Shown here: one piece after another, positions 1-8,218 of the stretch
Numbering within the stretch: position 1 is the stretch's first letter
Layout: each line of letters starts with the position of its first letter
Source of the DNA: Candidatus Pacearchaeota archaeon
GTDB lineage: Archaea > Nanobdellota > Nanobdellia > Pacearchaeales > GW2011-AR1
Assembly: GCA_023144035.1 (NCBI GenBank)
Contig: JAGLGM010000008.1
Location: 1 to 26,084, forward strand
Length of the DNA: 26,084 nucleotides
Reading direction: 5' to 3'
The notes under the pieces: model-generated
Told to the model about the DNA's origin: nothing
Seen by the model: the letters and a program-made list of their open reading frames with translations, nothing else
The model's database searches: none
Position numbers and translations under genes: made by a program

Positions 1-240
1 ATAAAGATAAAGTATCAGAATATACTTTATTATATACAGCATATTGTTGTAATACATCTGATAAAGATAAAGTATCAGAATATACTTTATTATATATAGC
101 ATATTGTTGTAATGAATCTAATAAAGATAAAGTATCAGAATATATTCGATTAAAAATCGAAAATTTATTTATTACATCTAATAAAGAAAGTGTATCATTT
201 AATGATTCTTCATATCTTTGTAATTCTAGAAGTATTTTAC
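1..240. repeat. 60-bp tandem direct repeat, four units with decaying identity
   Basis: Units at 1-60 and 61-120 differ at 4 of 60 positions. Unit 121-180 shares the first ~24 nt (ataaagataaagtatcagaatata). Unit 181-240 keeps only ataaaga..gtatca. The repeat is coding: it gives the 20-aa repeat of the partial minus-strand CDS. Confidence 0.9.
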
Positions 241-295
241 TTTCATTTTCTTGAAGGATATGTGAACCATCCTCTAATAATAAATAAAATGTCAT
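1..295 (-). CDS. Partial CDS (98 N-terminal codons, continues past the left window edge): tandem-repeat virion/fibre-associated protein
   Basis: Absent from the supplied track because no stop lies in the window. ATG is the complement of 293-295. My translation: MTFYLLLEDGSHILQENESKILLELQRYEESLNDTLSLLDVINKFSIFNRIYSDTLSLLDSLQQYAIYNKVYSDTLSLSDVLQQYAVYNKVYSDTLSL... The 60-bp DNA repeat stays in frame as a 20-aa unit. The ORF lies directly downstream of the fibre gene on the same strand. No clear SD upstream. Confidence 0.55.
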   Translation of the reverse strand, partial: MTFYLLLEDGSHILQENESKILLELQRYEESLNDTLSLLDVINKFSIFNRIYSDTLSLLDSLQQYAIYNKVYSDTLSLSDVLQQYAVYNKVYSDTLSL

Positions 296-340
296 TTTAA
301 TATATAGTTTATTTTAATAGTTAATTTATTTATATTCATT

Positions 341-3300
341 TTATGTTGTATAAGTTATCCTTGCTCCATCAATTAAATCATTTTGTCCTATAGTTGTTAA
401 AAGACTATAAGAATATAAAGAATTATCTACCGTTCCAGAAGTAATTGTAGTATCTTCTGTATCATGAATTGCAGTCGCTAATGTTATTGCAGTAGCTCCA
501 TCTGAAAGACTTGACCTTCTTAAAAACCAAGTATTACCTGTATCTGAACCAAATACAACAGTACCTGTAATAACAGCACCATTAGGTAATTCTACTGGAC
601 AAGAAAAAGCTTGAGGTTCTGTAGAATCATTAATTCTAGCTGAATCATCTGAAGAAAATTCTATAGTATTATCTCGAGGATTAAAAGCTATTCCCGGAGT
701 AGACCAATAACTTGTTATTCCAGAACAAGCAGTTACTAAACCATCTTTAATTACTAAATCTTTATTATAATTACAAGTTCCTGTCATTCCTAAAGTTCCA
801 TCACCTGAACGATAATTTGTTCCTCTTATTGTTCCTGTAACATCTAATTCATAAGAAGGAGTATCATCTCCAATACCTACATTTCCATTATTAATATAAA
901 AAACTTCTCCAGTGCTATCCCTCATTCTAATTCCTGCTCTATCACTATTAAGAAATAAATCACTATGAGATTCAGAACCAAATCCAACATATCCTAATCT
1001 AGTGGGAGTTGCTCCATAATAAAATGAAAGAATTGGATTTGCTGTTGTTTCTGTGGTTTCTGTATCTGTAAGAGAAAGCATATTTCCTCCACCAGCAGAA
1101 GAAAGAGATAAAAGAGCATTAGGACTTGCAGTTCCAATACCTACATTTCCAGTATTTCTTTCCAAAGTCATTGTGCTATACCAATCATCACTATTATCTT
1201 GTCTATCAAAATGTAAATTTTTGTTAGTTGCATCTAATCTAATCATATGAGCTAAAGTCGTATCTGTTGACCTAGCTAGTTTTATTGCTCCTGATTGACC
1301 TGGAGTATCTGAACCTGCAAGACTAATATCCAATTTAGCATCTGGACTACTTGTTCCAATACCTACATTTCCTGAAGAATCAATTCTCATACCTTCAGCT
1401 GCTGCACCATATTTAAAAATTAATTCATTAGTTGCATCAGAATGTATACCTGCTCTTTCTCCACCACCTACTGTTTCTCTAAAAGTATATCCACCTGCTA
1501 CCCTTCCAATTCCAATATCTCCATCTACTTCTAATTCTGTTCCTGGGCTTGTTGTTCCAATACCTACATATCCAGAAGTATCTAAAAATAACTGAACACC
1601 AAAACCAGTTTTAGCTCTTATATCTAAATCATTATAACCACTTCCATCAAAACCAAGAATACTCATAGAACCTGCTGCTGAATTTTGTATTCTTATTCCA
1701 TCTGCTTTATTTGCACTAAAAAAGTTAGCTGTTGTTCCTCCTACAACTTCTAATTGAGCACCTGGTGTTACAGAATTTATTCCTATATATTTATTAGCAC
1801 CATCTATAAAAAAAGCTGTGTCTGTAGTTAAACCATCATTTCCTTCTGAGATATAAAAATCTCCTCCTGTATAATCAACTCCCATTTCAAAATGTCTTCT
1901 TGCATCAACATAAAACCTTTGAACTGCATCTCCTGTTCCTGCTTGATAAACTAATAATTGAGCATCAGTTGCAGTATCATCTCTTGCTATTTCTAATTCT
2001 GCACCAGGACTATCAGTTCCAATACCAACATCTCCTTCAACTATTAAATTATTTGCTCCGGGGTCTGTAGCATAGTAAGTTCCCCCTAATGCTAAACCTC
2101 CAGAACTATGTAATCTCATTTCATCAGAACTATTAACTCCAAATCTAATAGCTGTATTTTCTGAATTATAAATAACTGCATTTTCAGAAGCATCAATTCC
2201 GACAAGAAATCCATCATTTGTAGTGCTTCCTGTTGTAGTATTTGAAAACATAATACCAGAAGAATCAGAACTATCTTCATGAATATGTAAATTTAATTGA
2301 GGTGTTGTAATTCCAATTCCCCATTTATCTACTGAAGCATCATAATATAATCCTGTTCCACCAGAAGTTCTACCTAAATGTAAATCTGCTAATGCAGCAC
2401 CACTTTCATCATAATTATAAATATTAAAAACATCACTTCCATCTTGAAAAAATGTTGCTCTAAATGTTGAATCTCCAAATATTTTTAATCCTACAGAAGC
2501 AGAATTAGGGTCTATTATTTGAGTTCCAATTAAATGTAATCTTTCACTTGGACTATCAGTTCCAATACCTACATATCCACCTAAAGGATTTAGAACTAAA
2601 GGATATGAAGCTCCTGTTGCTGCTTCATTTCTTGATTGTATCCAAGCGTAAGTACCTGTGTTTTGACCAAAGTTTAAAATTGCTGATGTAGCACTATTAC
2701 CTAAACTAAGAGCTCCATTTGGTAATGCACTTAAAGAAGCAATTACTTCATTACCTGTTGATTCAATGCTTGTTTTAACTATTGGACTTGTTGTTCCAAT
2801 ACCTACAAAACCATCACTTGCTCTTGCAAAAATTGAAGTTAAAGAATTTCCTCTTATAAAAGTATCTACATCTGCTTGGGCTTGATTTAAAATAATATTT
2901 CCTCCAGTAACTACATTAAATCTTAAATCAGTTGAACTTGCACCTATTGTTGCAACATCTGTTCCTGCTCTATCTAAAGTCCAATGTGTTCCTGTATCAC
3001 TTCTTTTAGTTTCTAAAGGAGAAGCTGGACTATCAGTTCCAATACCTACATTTCCAGCAGAAGTTATTTGAAAAGGAGCATTTGTATGGTCTGCACTAAA
3101 ACCTAATGCTATATTATCTGCATCATTCATTCCAAAATAAACAATATCATTATTATTTTGAATTTGCAAACCTGAGTTTCCTGAGTTTCTATATATTCTT
3201 AATCCTGTTCCATCTGTTGTTTCAATATCTAAAGCTACATCAGGACTTGTAGTTCCAATACCTACATTTCCATCATGTTTAAAAGTTATTATATCCCTAA

Positions 3301-4579
3301 CAAAACTATCATCATCTTCTAAAGCCCTTAATCTAAAAGCATCTGTAACTCCAAGCATTAAATATCTTCTTTTGTCTGCTGTTCCATCTGTTTCCTCAAA
3401 TTCTAAAAAACTTGTTGCTGTTGCTAAATGTAATTTTGCACTTGGACTTGCAGTTCCAATACCAACTCTATCATTTGAAGCATCAATAACTAAAGTATTT
3501 GAATCAAAATTATAAGTTCCAGAAGCTGTGTCTCCTGTATTTAACATATAATCTGAATGTGCTTGTGAATTATCAGCTATATGAGCAGCAGAATTGGTAA
3601 TTGCTGTATCAATTTGAGCGTGAGTATTTGAACCAATACTTAAAAAATTAGTATGGTCTAATGCAGTTTGAATTACATCTGCAATTATTTCAGGAGTACC
3701 ATCAGTATAAGTAAAATCTACTGTAGAAGTATCATTAAAAATATTTCCAACAGCGTCTTGACTTGCTTCATCAAAATCATAAATTGTAGTACTTATTTGT
3801 GAACCTGTATGATTAGCTCTTGCTCTATCAGTAGAATGATAATGTAAAGATGAATCTCCACTATCTGTTAAATCAGTTCGTTGAGCTGAAGTTAAATGAT
3901 AATATTCATTACTTGTTCCTCCTTGTAAACTAGCTAAATTATTATGTGTAATTGTACTTCCAAATTTAACCCATGAACTTCCATTAAAAACATAAGCAGT
4001 ATCTTCCGAATCTATCCAAACTGCAAAACCTTCAGAAGTAATTGTTTCAGTCCAAGTAGAACCATTCCATTCATAAATATAATTAGCAGTAACACTTTGA
4101 CTTGTCCCACTACTTGTTCCAGTAGCAGTATTAATATATCTATCTCCTATACTTGGTCCTCCAGGTTCAGAAGTTACAAAATTAACAGAACTATTTACAC
4201 TATCTTGCCATTCAACTCCTTGAATTAATGAATCAACATAATCTTTAGTTGTTGCATCACTTCCATCACTTGGTGTACTTAAATTATAAATAAGATTAGA
4301 ATTCATATTTATACTTCCAGTTACTAAATTACTTTGAGTTCTTGCTTGTTCTAATGTAACTGAATGTGGATTACTTGAATTAGAAATATGTGAATCAATT
4401 TGAGTGTGAGAATTAGTTCCAATATTTTGAATAGCAATATGGTCAATTAATGAACCAATATTTCCCATAGTTACTTTTTTAGTTGTTGCTGTTCCTGCAA
4501 CATCGTCTACAATTGCTAATAAATCATCATCAGCTGGTGTTGTAAGTTCTGGTAATGCAGTTATCTTTTTGTCAGTCAT
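341..4579 (-). CDS. Giant tail fibre / receptor-binding fibre protein (1412 aa) with about 12 GIGT-type repeats
   Basis: The N-terminus KITALPELTTPADDDLLAIVD and the histidine-rich IGTNSHTQIDSHI / IGSNTHAQIDTAI motifs are typical of phage fibres. About 12 repeats of GNVGIGT(T/D/A)SPxxxL(H/E/D)(V/I/L) occur every 60-75 aa. The C-terminal ~180 aa are non-repetitive. SD aagaggaa lies upstream of the ATG at 4579. Confidence 0.8.
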   Translation of the reverse strand: MTDKKITALPELTTPADDDLLAIVDDVAGTATTKKVTMGNIGSLIDHIAIQNIGTNSHTQIDSHISNSSNPHSVTLEQARTQSNLVTGSINMNSNLIYNLSTPSDGSDATTKDYVDSLIQGVEWQDSVNSSVNFVTSEPGGPSIGDRYINTATGTSSGTSQSVTANYIYEWNGSTWTETITSEGFAVWIDSEDTAYVFNGSSWVKFGSTITHNNLASLQGGTSNEYYHLTSAQRTDLTDSGDSSLHYHSTDRARANHTGSQISTTIYDFDEASQDAVGNIFNDTSTVDFTYTDGTPEIIADVIQTALDHTNFLSIGSNTHAQIDTAITNSAAHIADNSQAHSDYMLNTGDTASGTYNFDSNTLVIDASNDRVGIGTASPSAKLHLATATSFLEFEETDGTADKRRYLMLGVTDAFRLRALEDDDSFVRDIITFKHDGNVGIGTTSPDVALDIETTDGTGLRIYRNSGNSGLQIQNNNDIVYFGMNDADNIALGFSADHTNAPFQITSAGNVGIGTDSPASPLETKRSDTGTHWTLDRAGTDVATIGASSTDLRFNVVTGGNIILNQAQADVDTFIRGNSLTSIFARASDGFVGIGTTSPIVKTSIESTGNEVIASLSALPNGALSLGNSATSAILNFGQNTGTYAWIQSRNEAATGASYPLVLNPLGGYVGIGTDSPSERLHLIGTQIIDPNSASVGLKIFGDSTFRATFFQDGSDVFNIYNYDESGAALADLHLGRTSGGTGLYYDASVDKWGIGITTPQLNLHIHEDSSDSSGIMFSNTTTGSTTNDGFLVGIDASENAVIYNSENTAIRFGVNSSDEMRLHSSGGLALGGTYYATDPGANNLIVEGDVGIGTDSPGAELEIARDDTATDAQLLVYQAGTGDAVQRFYVDARRHFEMGVDYTGGDFYISEGNDGLTTDTAFFIDGANKYIGINSVTPGAQLEVVGGTTANFFSANKADGIRIQNSAAGSMSILGFDGSGYNDLDIRAKTGFGVQLFLDTSGYVGIGTTSPGTELEVDGDIGIGRVAGGYTFRETVGGGERAGIHSDATNELIFKYGAAAEGMRIDSSGNVGIGTSSPDAKLDISLAGSDTPGQSGAIKLARSTDTTLAHMIRLDATNKNLHFDRQDNSDDWYSTMTLERNTGNVGIGTASPNALLSLSSAGGGNMLSLTDTETTETTANPILSFYYGATPTRLGYVGFGSESHSDLFLNSDRAGIRMRDSTGEVFYINNGNVGIGDDTPSYELDVTGTIRGTNYRSGDGTLGMTGTCNYNKDLVIKDGLVTACSGITSYWSTPGIAFNPRDNTIEFSSDDSARINDSTEPQAFSCPVELPNGAVITGTVVFGSDTGNTWFLRRSSLSDGATAITLATAIHDTEDTTITSGTVDNSLYSYSLLTTIGQNDLIDGARITYTT

Positions 4580-4617
4580 TTGCTATTCCTCTTTTTAATT
4601 AGTTTCATTATTTACTC

Positions 4618-5088
4618 CTAACTTGCTCCAAAGGTAACTGTCCAATCAATCTTTAAAGTATCATTTGCACCTTTTACTACATTCAAACTATCATTATATG
4701 TCATCATATCAGCTCTTGCTGTTGCTGACCCTAAAAATATTCCTGTTTCAGTAATTGATGCTGTTCCTATTCCTGCTCCCCAAAATCCAGAATAAATCAC
4801 ATCGTTATCATTAGCTCCAGTTCCTTGAACTACTCCTGTTCCTGATAATGCTAAAAATGTTCCAGCATTATAAGTTGCTAAATCACTACTTGATGAAGTT
4901 TGTCCTGTTCCTGTACCTAATGCAATCCATCCAATTTGTGAATCACCTTGGTCTGACATTTGGTCTGCTATATGGGCATCCATTAATTCTGTAATTGTAT
5001 TAGGAATTATTATATCTGATTTTATATTTCCATTTTCATCTTTTAGAACTATATGTAATTTCCCTTTTACATTTAAATTTTCATTCAT
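4618..5088 (-). CDS. Virion structural protein, function unknown (156 aa, Gly/Thr-rich)
   Basis: Sits in the structural operon immediately upstream of the fibre gene. Strong SD (ggaggtag) 8 nt before the ATG. Beta-rich composition. No family recognised with confidence. Confidence 0.6.
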   Translation of the reverse strand: MNENLNVKGKLHIVLKDENGNIKSDIIIPNTITELMDAHIADQMSDQGDSQIGWIALGTGTGQTSSSSDLATYNAGTFLALSGTGVVQGTGANDNDVIYSGFWGAGIGTASITETGIFLGSATARADMMTYNDSLNVVKGANDTLKIDWTVTFGAS

Positions 5089-5128
5089 TTTTTCTACCTC
5101 CGTTTTGATTATTTATAATCATTTTTCC

Positions 5129-5536
5129 TTAAAATAATGTACTTCCTCCTAAATTTTTTCTAATAAACATTTTAGAATAAACAGTGCTTCCATTTACATC
5201 CCATGTTTGAATTCCATCCGGTATTATAGTATAAAAATCATTTTGTAATTCAACTACAACTGCTCCACTAACATTACAACTTCCGATATAAAGTACTTTA
5301 TCATTTGTTAATAATTTTCCTTCTTGTAGTAAAAGAGCTTCTGAACTTCCTTGAGAAGATTTTATCGGAAATACAAGTCCACTGACTACATTAGAACCAG
5401 TTTGAGTTTGAATTCTTTCATCATCGTAATCTGATTCAATAAAATTATATTCAATTATATTTATACTTGTAGAAATTCCAGCATGACTAAATAAATTATT
5501 TAGTCCATTTATTAAAGTTGTATTTATATCTGACAT
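5129..5536 (-). CDS. Hypothetical virion (head-tail joining / tail) protein, 135 aa
   Basis: Long ORF in the structural operon. TAAATG junction with the upstream ORF. No recognisable motif. Confidence 0.55.
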   Translation of the reverse strand: MSDINTTLINGLNNLFSHAGISTSINIIEYNFIESDYDDERIQTQTGSNVVSGLVFPIKSSQGSSEALLLQEGKLLTNDKVLYIGSCNVSGAVVVELQNDFYTIIPDGIQTWDVNGSTVYSKMFIRKNLGGSTLF

Positions 5537-5935
5537 TTAACATCCTATTACTCGTTTAAATCTTGTAGTACGTGATAATTCTTTTAATCTTGTTATTGCA
5601 TCTACTCTAAGTTGTTTTGCTAATTCTGCATCACTACTACTATTATTACTTTTAACTGATAAATCACCTAATTTAATATTATCTATTCCACCAGTGTTTG
5701 AATCTATTGCTAATAAAATCTTAGATTGAGTTAAATCTATAATTGCAGGTTGATATTTTTCTGGAATTGCAGAACTAACAATTATATCAGAAGTAAATAA
5801 TTCTACAAAATTAATTTCTTGTTCAACTATACTATTCATATCAGTTCCACTTATAGTAGTTGGTACATTTGTTGGTCCAACTAATTTAGATACTTGTTCA
5901 ACTACTGAACCTACACTCCATATTCCTGATGTCAT
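5537..5935 (-). CDS. Hypothetical head-tail connector/adaptor candidate, 132 aa
   Basis: The call rests on position (third gene after the capsid gene) and size only. Confidence 0.5.
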   Translation of the reverse strand: MTSGIWSVGSVVEQVSKLVGPTNVPTTISGTDMNSIVEQEINFVELFTSDIIVSSAIPEKYQPAIIDLTQSKILLAIDSNTGGIDNIKLGDLSVKSNNSSSDAELAKQLRVDAITRLKELSRTTRFKRVIGC

Positions 5936-5936
5936 T

Positions 5937-6335
5937 TTAAATATATCCTATATTAAATCCTGTTCCTGATTTTGCATTACCTAAGCCACTACCAGTTAGT
6001 CTTAATATTGAATTTATTGGAATTTCTCCATACCATAGTCCAGATTGCGATGAACCATCTGTTCCTCTAGTAATTGCTCGTGGAAATACTACATCTCCAT
6101 CAGCTACATTATTACCAAAAGCTATTCCGCTTTTTAATAATGTTAATCTTTCACCTGTTCCAGAAACAGTTAATTCAAAACTTCCAGTTGCTGTATAATT
6201 ACCACCAGTATACTGAATTGCTTGTAATAAACCATTTAATGGATATGGAATATGAATATCTAAAGTACCAGAACTATTTGCTACTAGACTTCCAGTTGGA
6301 AATCTATATTGTTTTATTCGATTGCTTCTTACCAT
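5937..6335 (-). CDS. Hypothetical virion protein, 132 aa
   Basis: Strong SD (aaaggaggtaaaaa) before the ATG at 6335. Beta-rich. Lies in the structural operon. Confidence 0.6.
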   Translation of the reverse strand: MVRSNRIKQYRFPTGSLVANSSGTLDIHIPYPLNGLLQAIQYTGGNYTATGSFELTVSGTGERLTLLKSGIAFGNNVADGDVVFPRAITRGTDGSSQSGLWYGEIPINSILRLTGSGLGNAKSGTGFNIGYI

Positions 6336-6401
6336 TTTTTACCTCCTTTTCTTATCGTCTTATGACATGCTCTTCGGCGTGAATATAAAAATTAAATAAA
6401 A

Positions 6402-6776
6402 TTAAATTCCTACTGCAATCCAACTAAATTCATCACTTGCAGTTGGTCCTTCAATATATGCACTTCCTGCATTTATACTTCCAGCTTCTACTAATAATGC
6501 TTGTTCAGCTGTTGTCATATCTGTTACTACTACTATTGGTGCTGCTGAATATGCTACTGGAAATTCTAACCACAAATTAGAACCTGCACCCAATGCTGTT
6601 GAACCAGCTTGAATTTTTGCTCCATATGTTGCTGTTGCACTACCAATACTTACAGATTGTAATTCTCCTTCTGCATTAACGATATCTGCTCCACTAACTA
6701 CAGTAGCATTCACTACTGGAGTTGCTGTTGCTTGATTAACTTCTTCGAAGCCTAATCCATCTTTCATATTTGTCAT
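6402..6776 (-). CDS. Hypothetical virion protein, 124 aa (possible beta-sandwich decoration/lectin-like protein)
   Basis: Strong SD (aaaaggagga) before the ATG at 6776. It is the first gene after the capsid-gene terminator. The C-terminal pattern LEFPVAYSAAPIVVVT...FSWIAVGI weakly recalls H-type-lectin-like beta-sandwich domains, from memory only. Confidence 0.55.
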   Translation of the reverse strand: MTNMKDGLGFEEVNQATATPVVNATVVSGADIVNAEGELQSVSIGSATATYGAKIQAGSTALGAGSNLWLEFPVAYSAAPIVVVTDMTTAEQALLVEAGSINAGSAYIEGPTASDEFSWIAVGI

Positions 6777-6828
6777 AATAATAATCCTCCTTTTTGATTA
6801 TGTGTTGTTTTTGTTTATAATTAAATTT

Positions 6829-6868
6829 AAAAAAAATAATAAAGTGCACGTAAACTAAGTTTACATGC
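6829..6868 (-). terminator. Intrinsic (hairpin + U-run) terminator or attenuator downstream of the major capsid gene
   Basis: Minus-strand RNA reads GCAUGUAAAC-UUA-GUUUACGUGC, a 10-bp stem with one G-U pair and a 3-nt loop (plus-strand 6846-6868). It is followed by ACUUUAUUAUUUUUUUU (A-run 6829-6836 on the plus strand). It lies 27 nt after the capsid stop codon. Confidence 0.65.
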
Positions 6869-6894
6869 GGGGTATACTAGATTGATTCACCTAT

Positions 6895-7755
6895 CTAAGT
6901 AGTAGTTGTTTTAGAGACTGATGCAGTTCTAATAATTTTAACAGCTATTCTTTGAGTCACAGTAGCTGCTGACATATCATTAGAAGGTAACATAAATCTT
7001 TCCACTGTTACTGGTCTTTTTTCTACAATATAATAAGCTTCTCGTTTATCATAAACGTAAGCATATTTAGCATATGTAGTTGAAGGCGCAGCATTTGTTG
7101 AGAATCTCATTACGTTAAGTCCGTAAATAGTTCCTACAAATCCAGTTTCAAGCATTTCTCTACTTCCAAGTTTATCTGCTTCAGTAAAAGTATCAATATT
7201 TCTTAAATCATTTAATACTTCATTACCGATTAATAAAGTTGTTGGTGTGTAATCTTCATCTTCTACATCTTGCATTTGTGTAGTTAAATCAGAAATTGTA
7301 TATGCTGCACCACCAGTGTTAGTTGTTGCTGCTGAATCAAGTTGTGTTATAACTAATTCAGTTTCTTTTTCAGCTAATCTTTTTGCTGCTGCACTAATAT
7401 TCTTTTCTAATAGATTCCACTTTCCGTCTTCAAGCATTTCTCTTGTAATTCTGATACCAAGTCCGTATTTTAAAGGTTTAATATTTACAGTATTATAACT
7501 TTCGTTATCTAATACAATATCAGCACCTTCTGCGATTTGTCTTACCTTAAATGAATTAGGTATTACTCTATCAACATCTACGCTTGAACCAGGAATTCCA
7601 GATGGCCCTATAATTAGCGCCGCTTCGCTTCTTGGAATTAATCTCTTTTCAACTTCGTCTACTAATTTATCGTGAATTTTTTTAACTATTAAAAGTGACC
7701 CTTCAGTAGCTATTCCAGTTTGTAAAAGTTCTTGGATGTGTTGTAATTCTGCCAT
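6895..7755 (-). CDS. Major capsid protein, HK97 fold (286 aa)
   Basis: The order protease-scaffold, decoration-like, then this gene, then a terminator is canonical. Size and sequence character (N-terminal helix MAELQHIQELLQ, LKYGLGIRITREMLED, Gly/Ala/Thr-rich C-terminal part) match small HK97/encapsulin-like capsid proteins as I remember them. Confidence 0.75.
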   Translation of the reverse strand: MAELQHIQELLQTGIATEGSLLIVKKIHDKLVDEVEKRLIPRSEAALIIGPSGIPGSSVDVDRVIPNSFKVRQIAEGADIVLDNESYNTVNIKPLKYGLGIRITREMLEDGKWNLLEKNISAAAKRLAEKETELVITQLDSAATTNTGGAAYTISDLTTQMQDVEDEDYTPTTLLIGNEVLNDLRNIDTFTEADKLGSREMLETGFVGTIYGLNVMRFSTNAAPSTTYAKYAYVYDKREAYYIVEKRPVTVERFMLPSNDMSAATVTQRIAVKIIRTASVSKTTTT

Positions 7756-7757
7756 TT

Positions 7758-8216
7758 TTACGATTTAATATGTATTAATGCAAAACCTCCACTTGCTCCA
7801 GCTGTGAATGCTCTTCCTGCAATATTACCTGCAATTGATGCATCTTGCGCATCTGCTGGTACTACTTGCGAACCTAAATTCGCAACTGCATCTTCACTTG
7901 CTACCGCTTTAATAAGTCTTCCTGCAAATACTGAACCAGTACATGCTGCAAGAATTCCAGCGTCTATAGCAACAGGTAACATATTACCTGATGTTTTAGT
8001 TTGTATAGCAACTCCTACGAAGTTTTCTGAATCATCACATACATAAAATTCAACATCCGTATTTAAGAATGATGAAGTTCCTGATGTAACTACTCCAGTT
8101 GCTCCTGAAACACCGACAAATTGTCCACCACTAATAGTTTCTCTAGCTTTTCCTGTTATTACTTTTGGATTTCCAAAATCATAGACTTGTATAAATCCTT
8201 CTGGGTTTACTGTCAT
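7758..8216 (-). CDS. Head decoration / capsid cement-like protein (152 aa)
   Basis: Lies between the protease-scaffold and capsid genes. Gly/Ala/Val-rich beta protein with GKARETISGGQFVGVSG, resembling DUF2190-type decoration proteins (memory-based). Confidence 0.45.
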   Translation of the reverse strand: MTVNPEGFIQVYDFGNPKVITGKARETISGGQFVGVSGATGVVTSGTSSFLNTDVEFYVCDDSENFVGVAIQTKTSGNMLPVAIDAGILAACTGSVFAGRLIKAVASEDAVANLGSQVVPADAQDASIAGNIAGRAFTAGASGGFALIHIKS

Positions 8217-8218
8217 TT

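Noticed and set aside
341-900. The fibre C-terminus as a diversity-generating-retroelement target
   Set aside because: There is no reverse transcriptase gene, and no template-repeat copy of the C-terminal region exists anywhere in the window.
1053-1250. 65-aa plus-strand ORF inside the fibre gene
   Set aside because: It is antisense shadow of a strongly supported long CDS. It has no SD and odd composition.
1131-3472. Regularly spaced, near-identical 20-nt repeats (gttccaatacctacatttcc) that look superficially like a CRISPR array
   Set aside because: Spacing is ~200-500 nt, not 30-40 nt. The repeats lie inside one uninterrupted 1412-codon ORF and encode the recurring peptide GNVGIGT, so they are a protein repeat.
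6074-6382. 102-aa plus-strand ORF
   Set aside because: It is antisense to the 132-aa structural ORF and runs through that gene's SD region. Its Leu/Phe/Ile-rich composition is typical of antisense AT-rich translation.
7316-8046. Plus-strand ORFs 7316..7498 and 7804..8046
   Set aside because: They are antisense shadows within the capsid and decoration genes.
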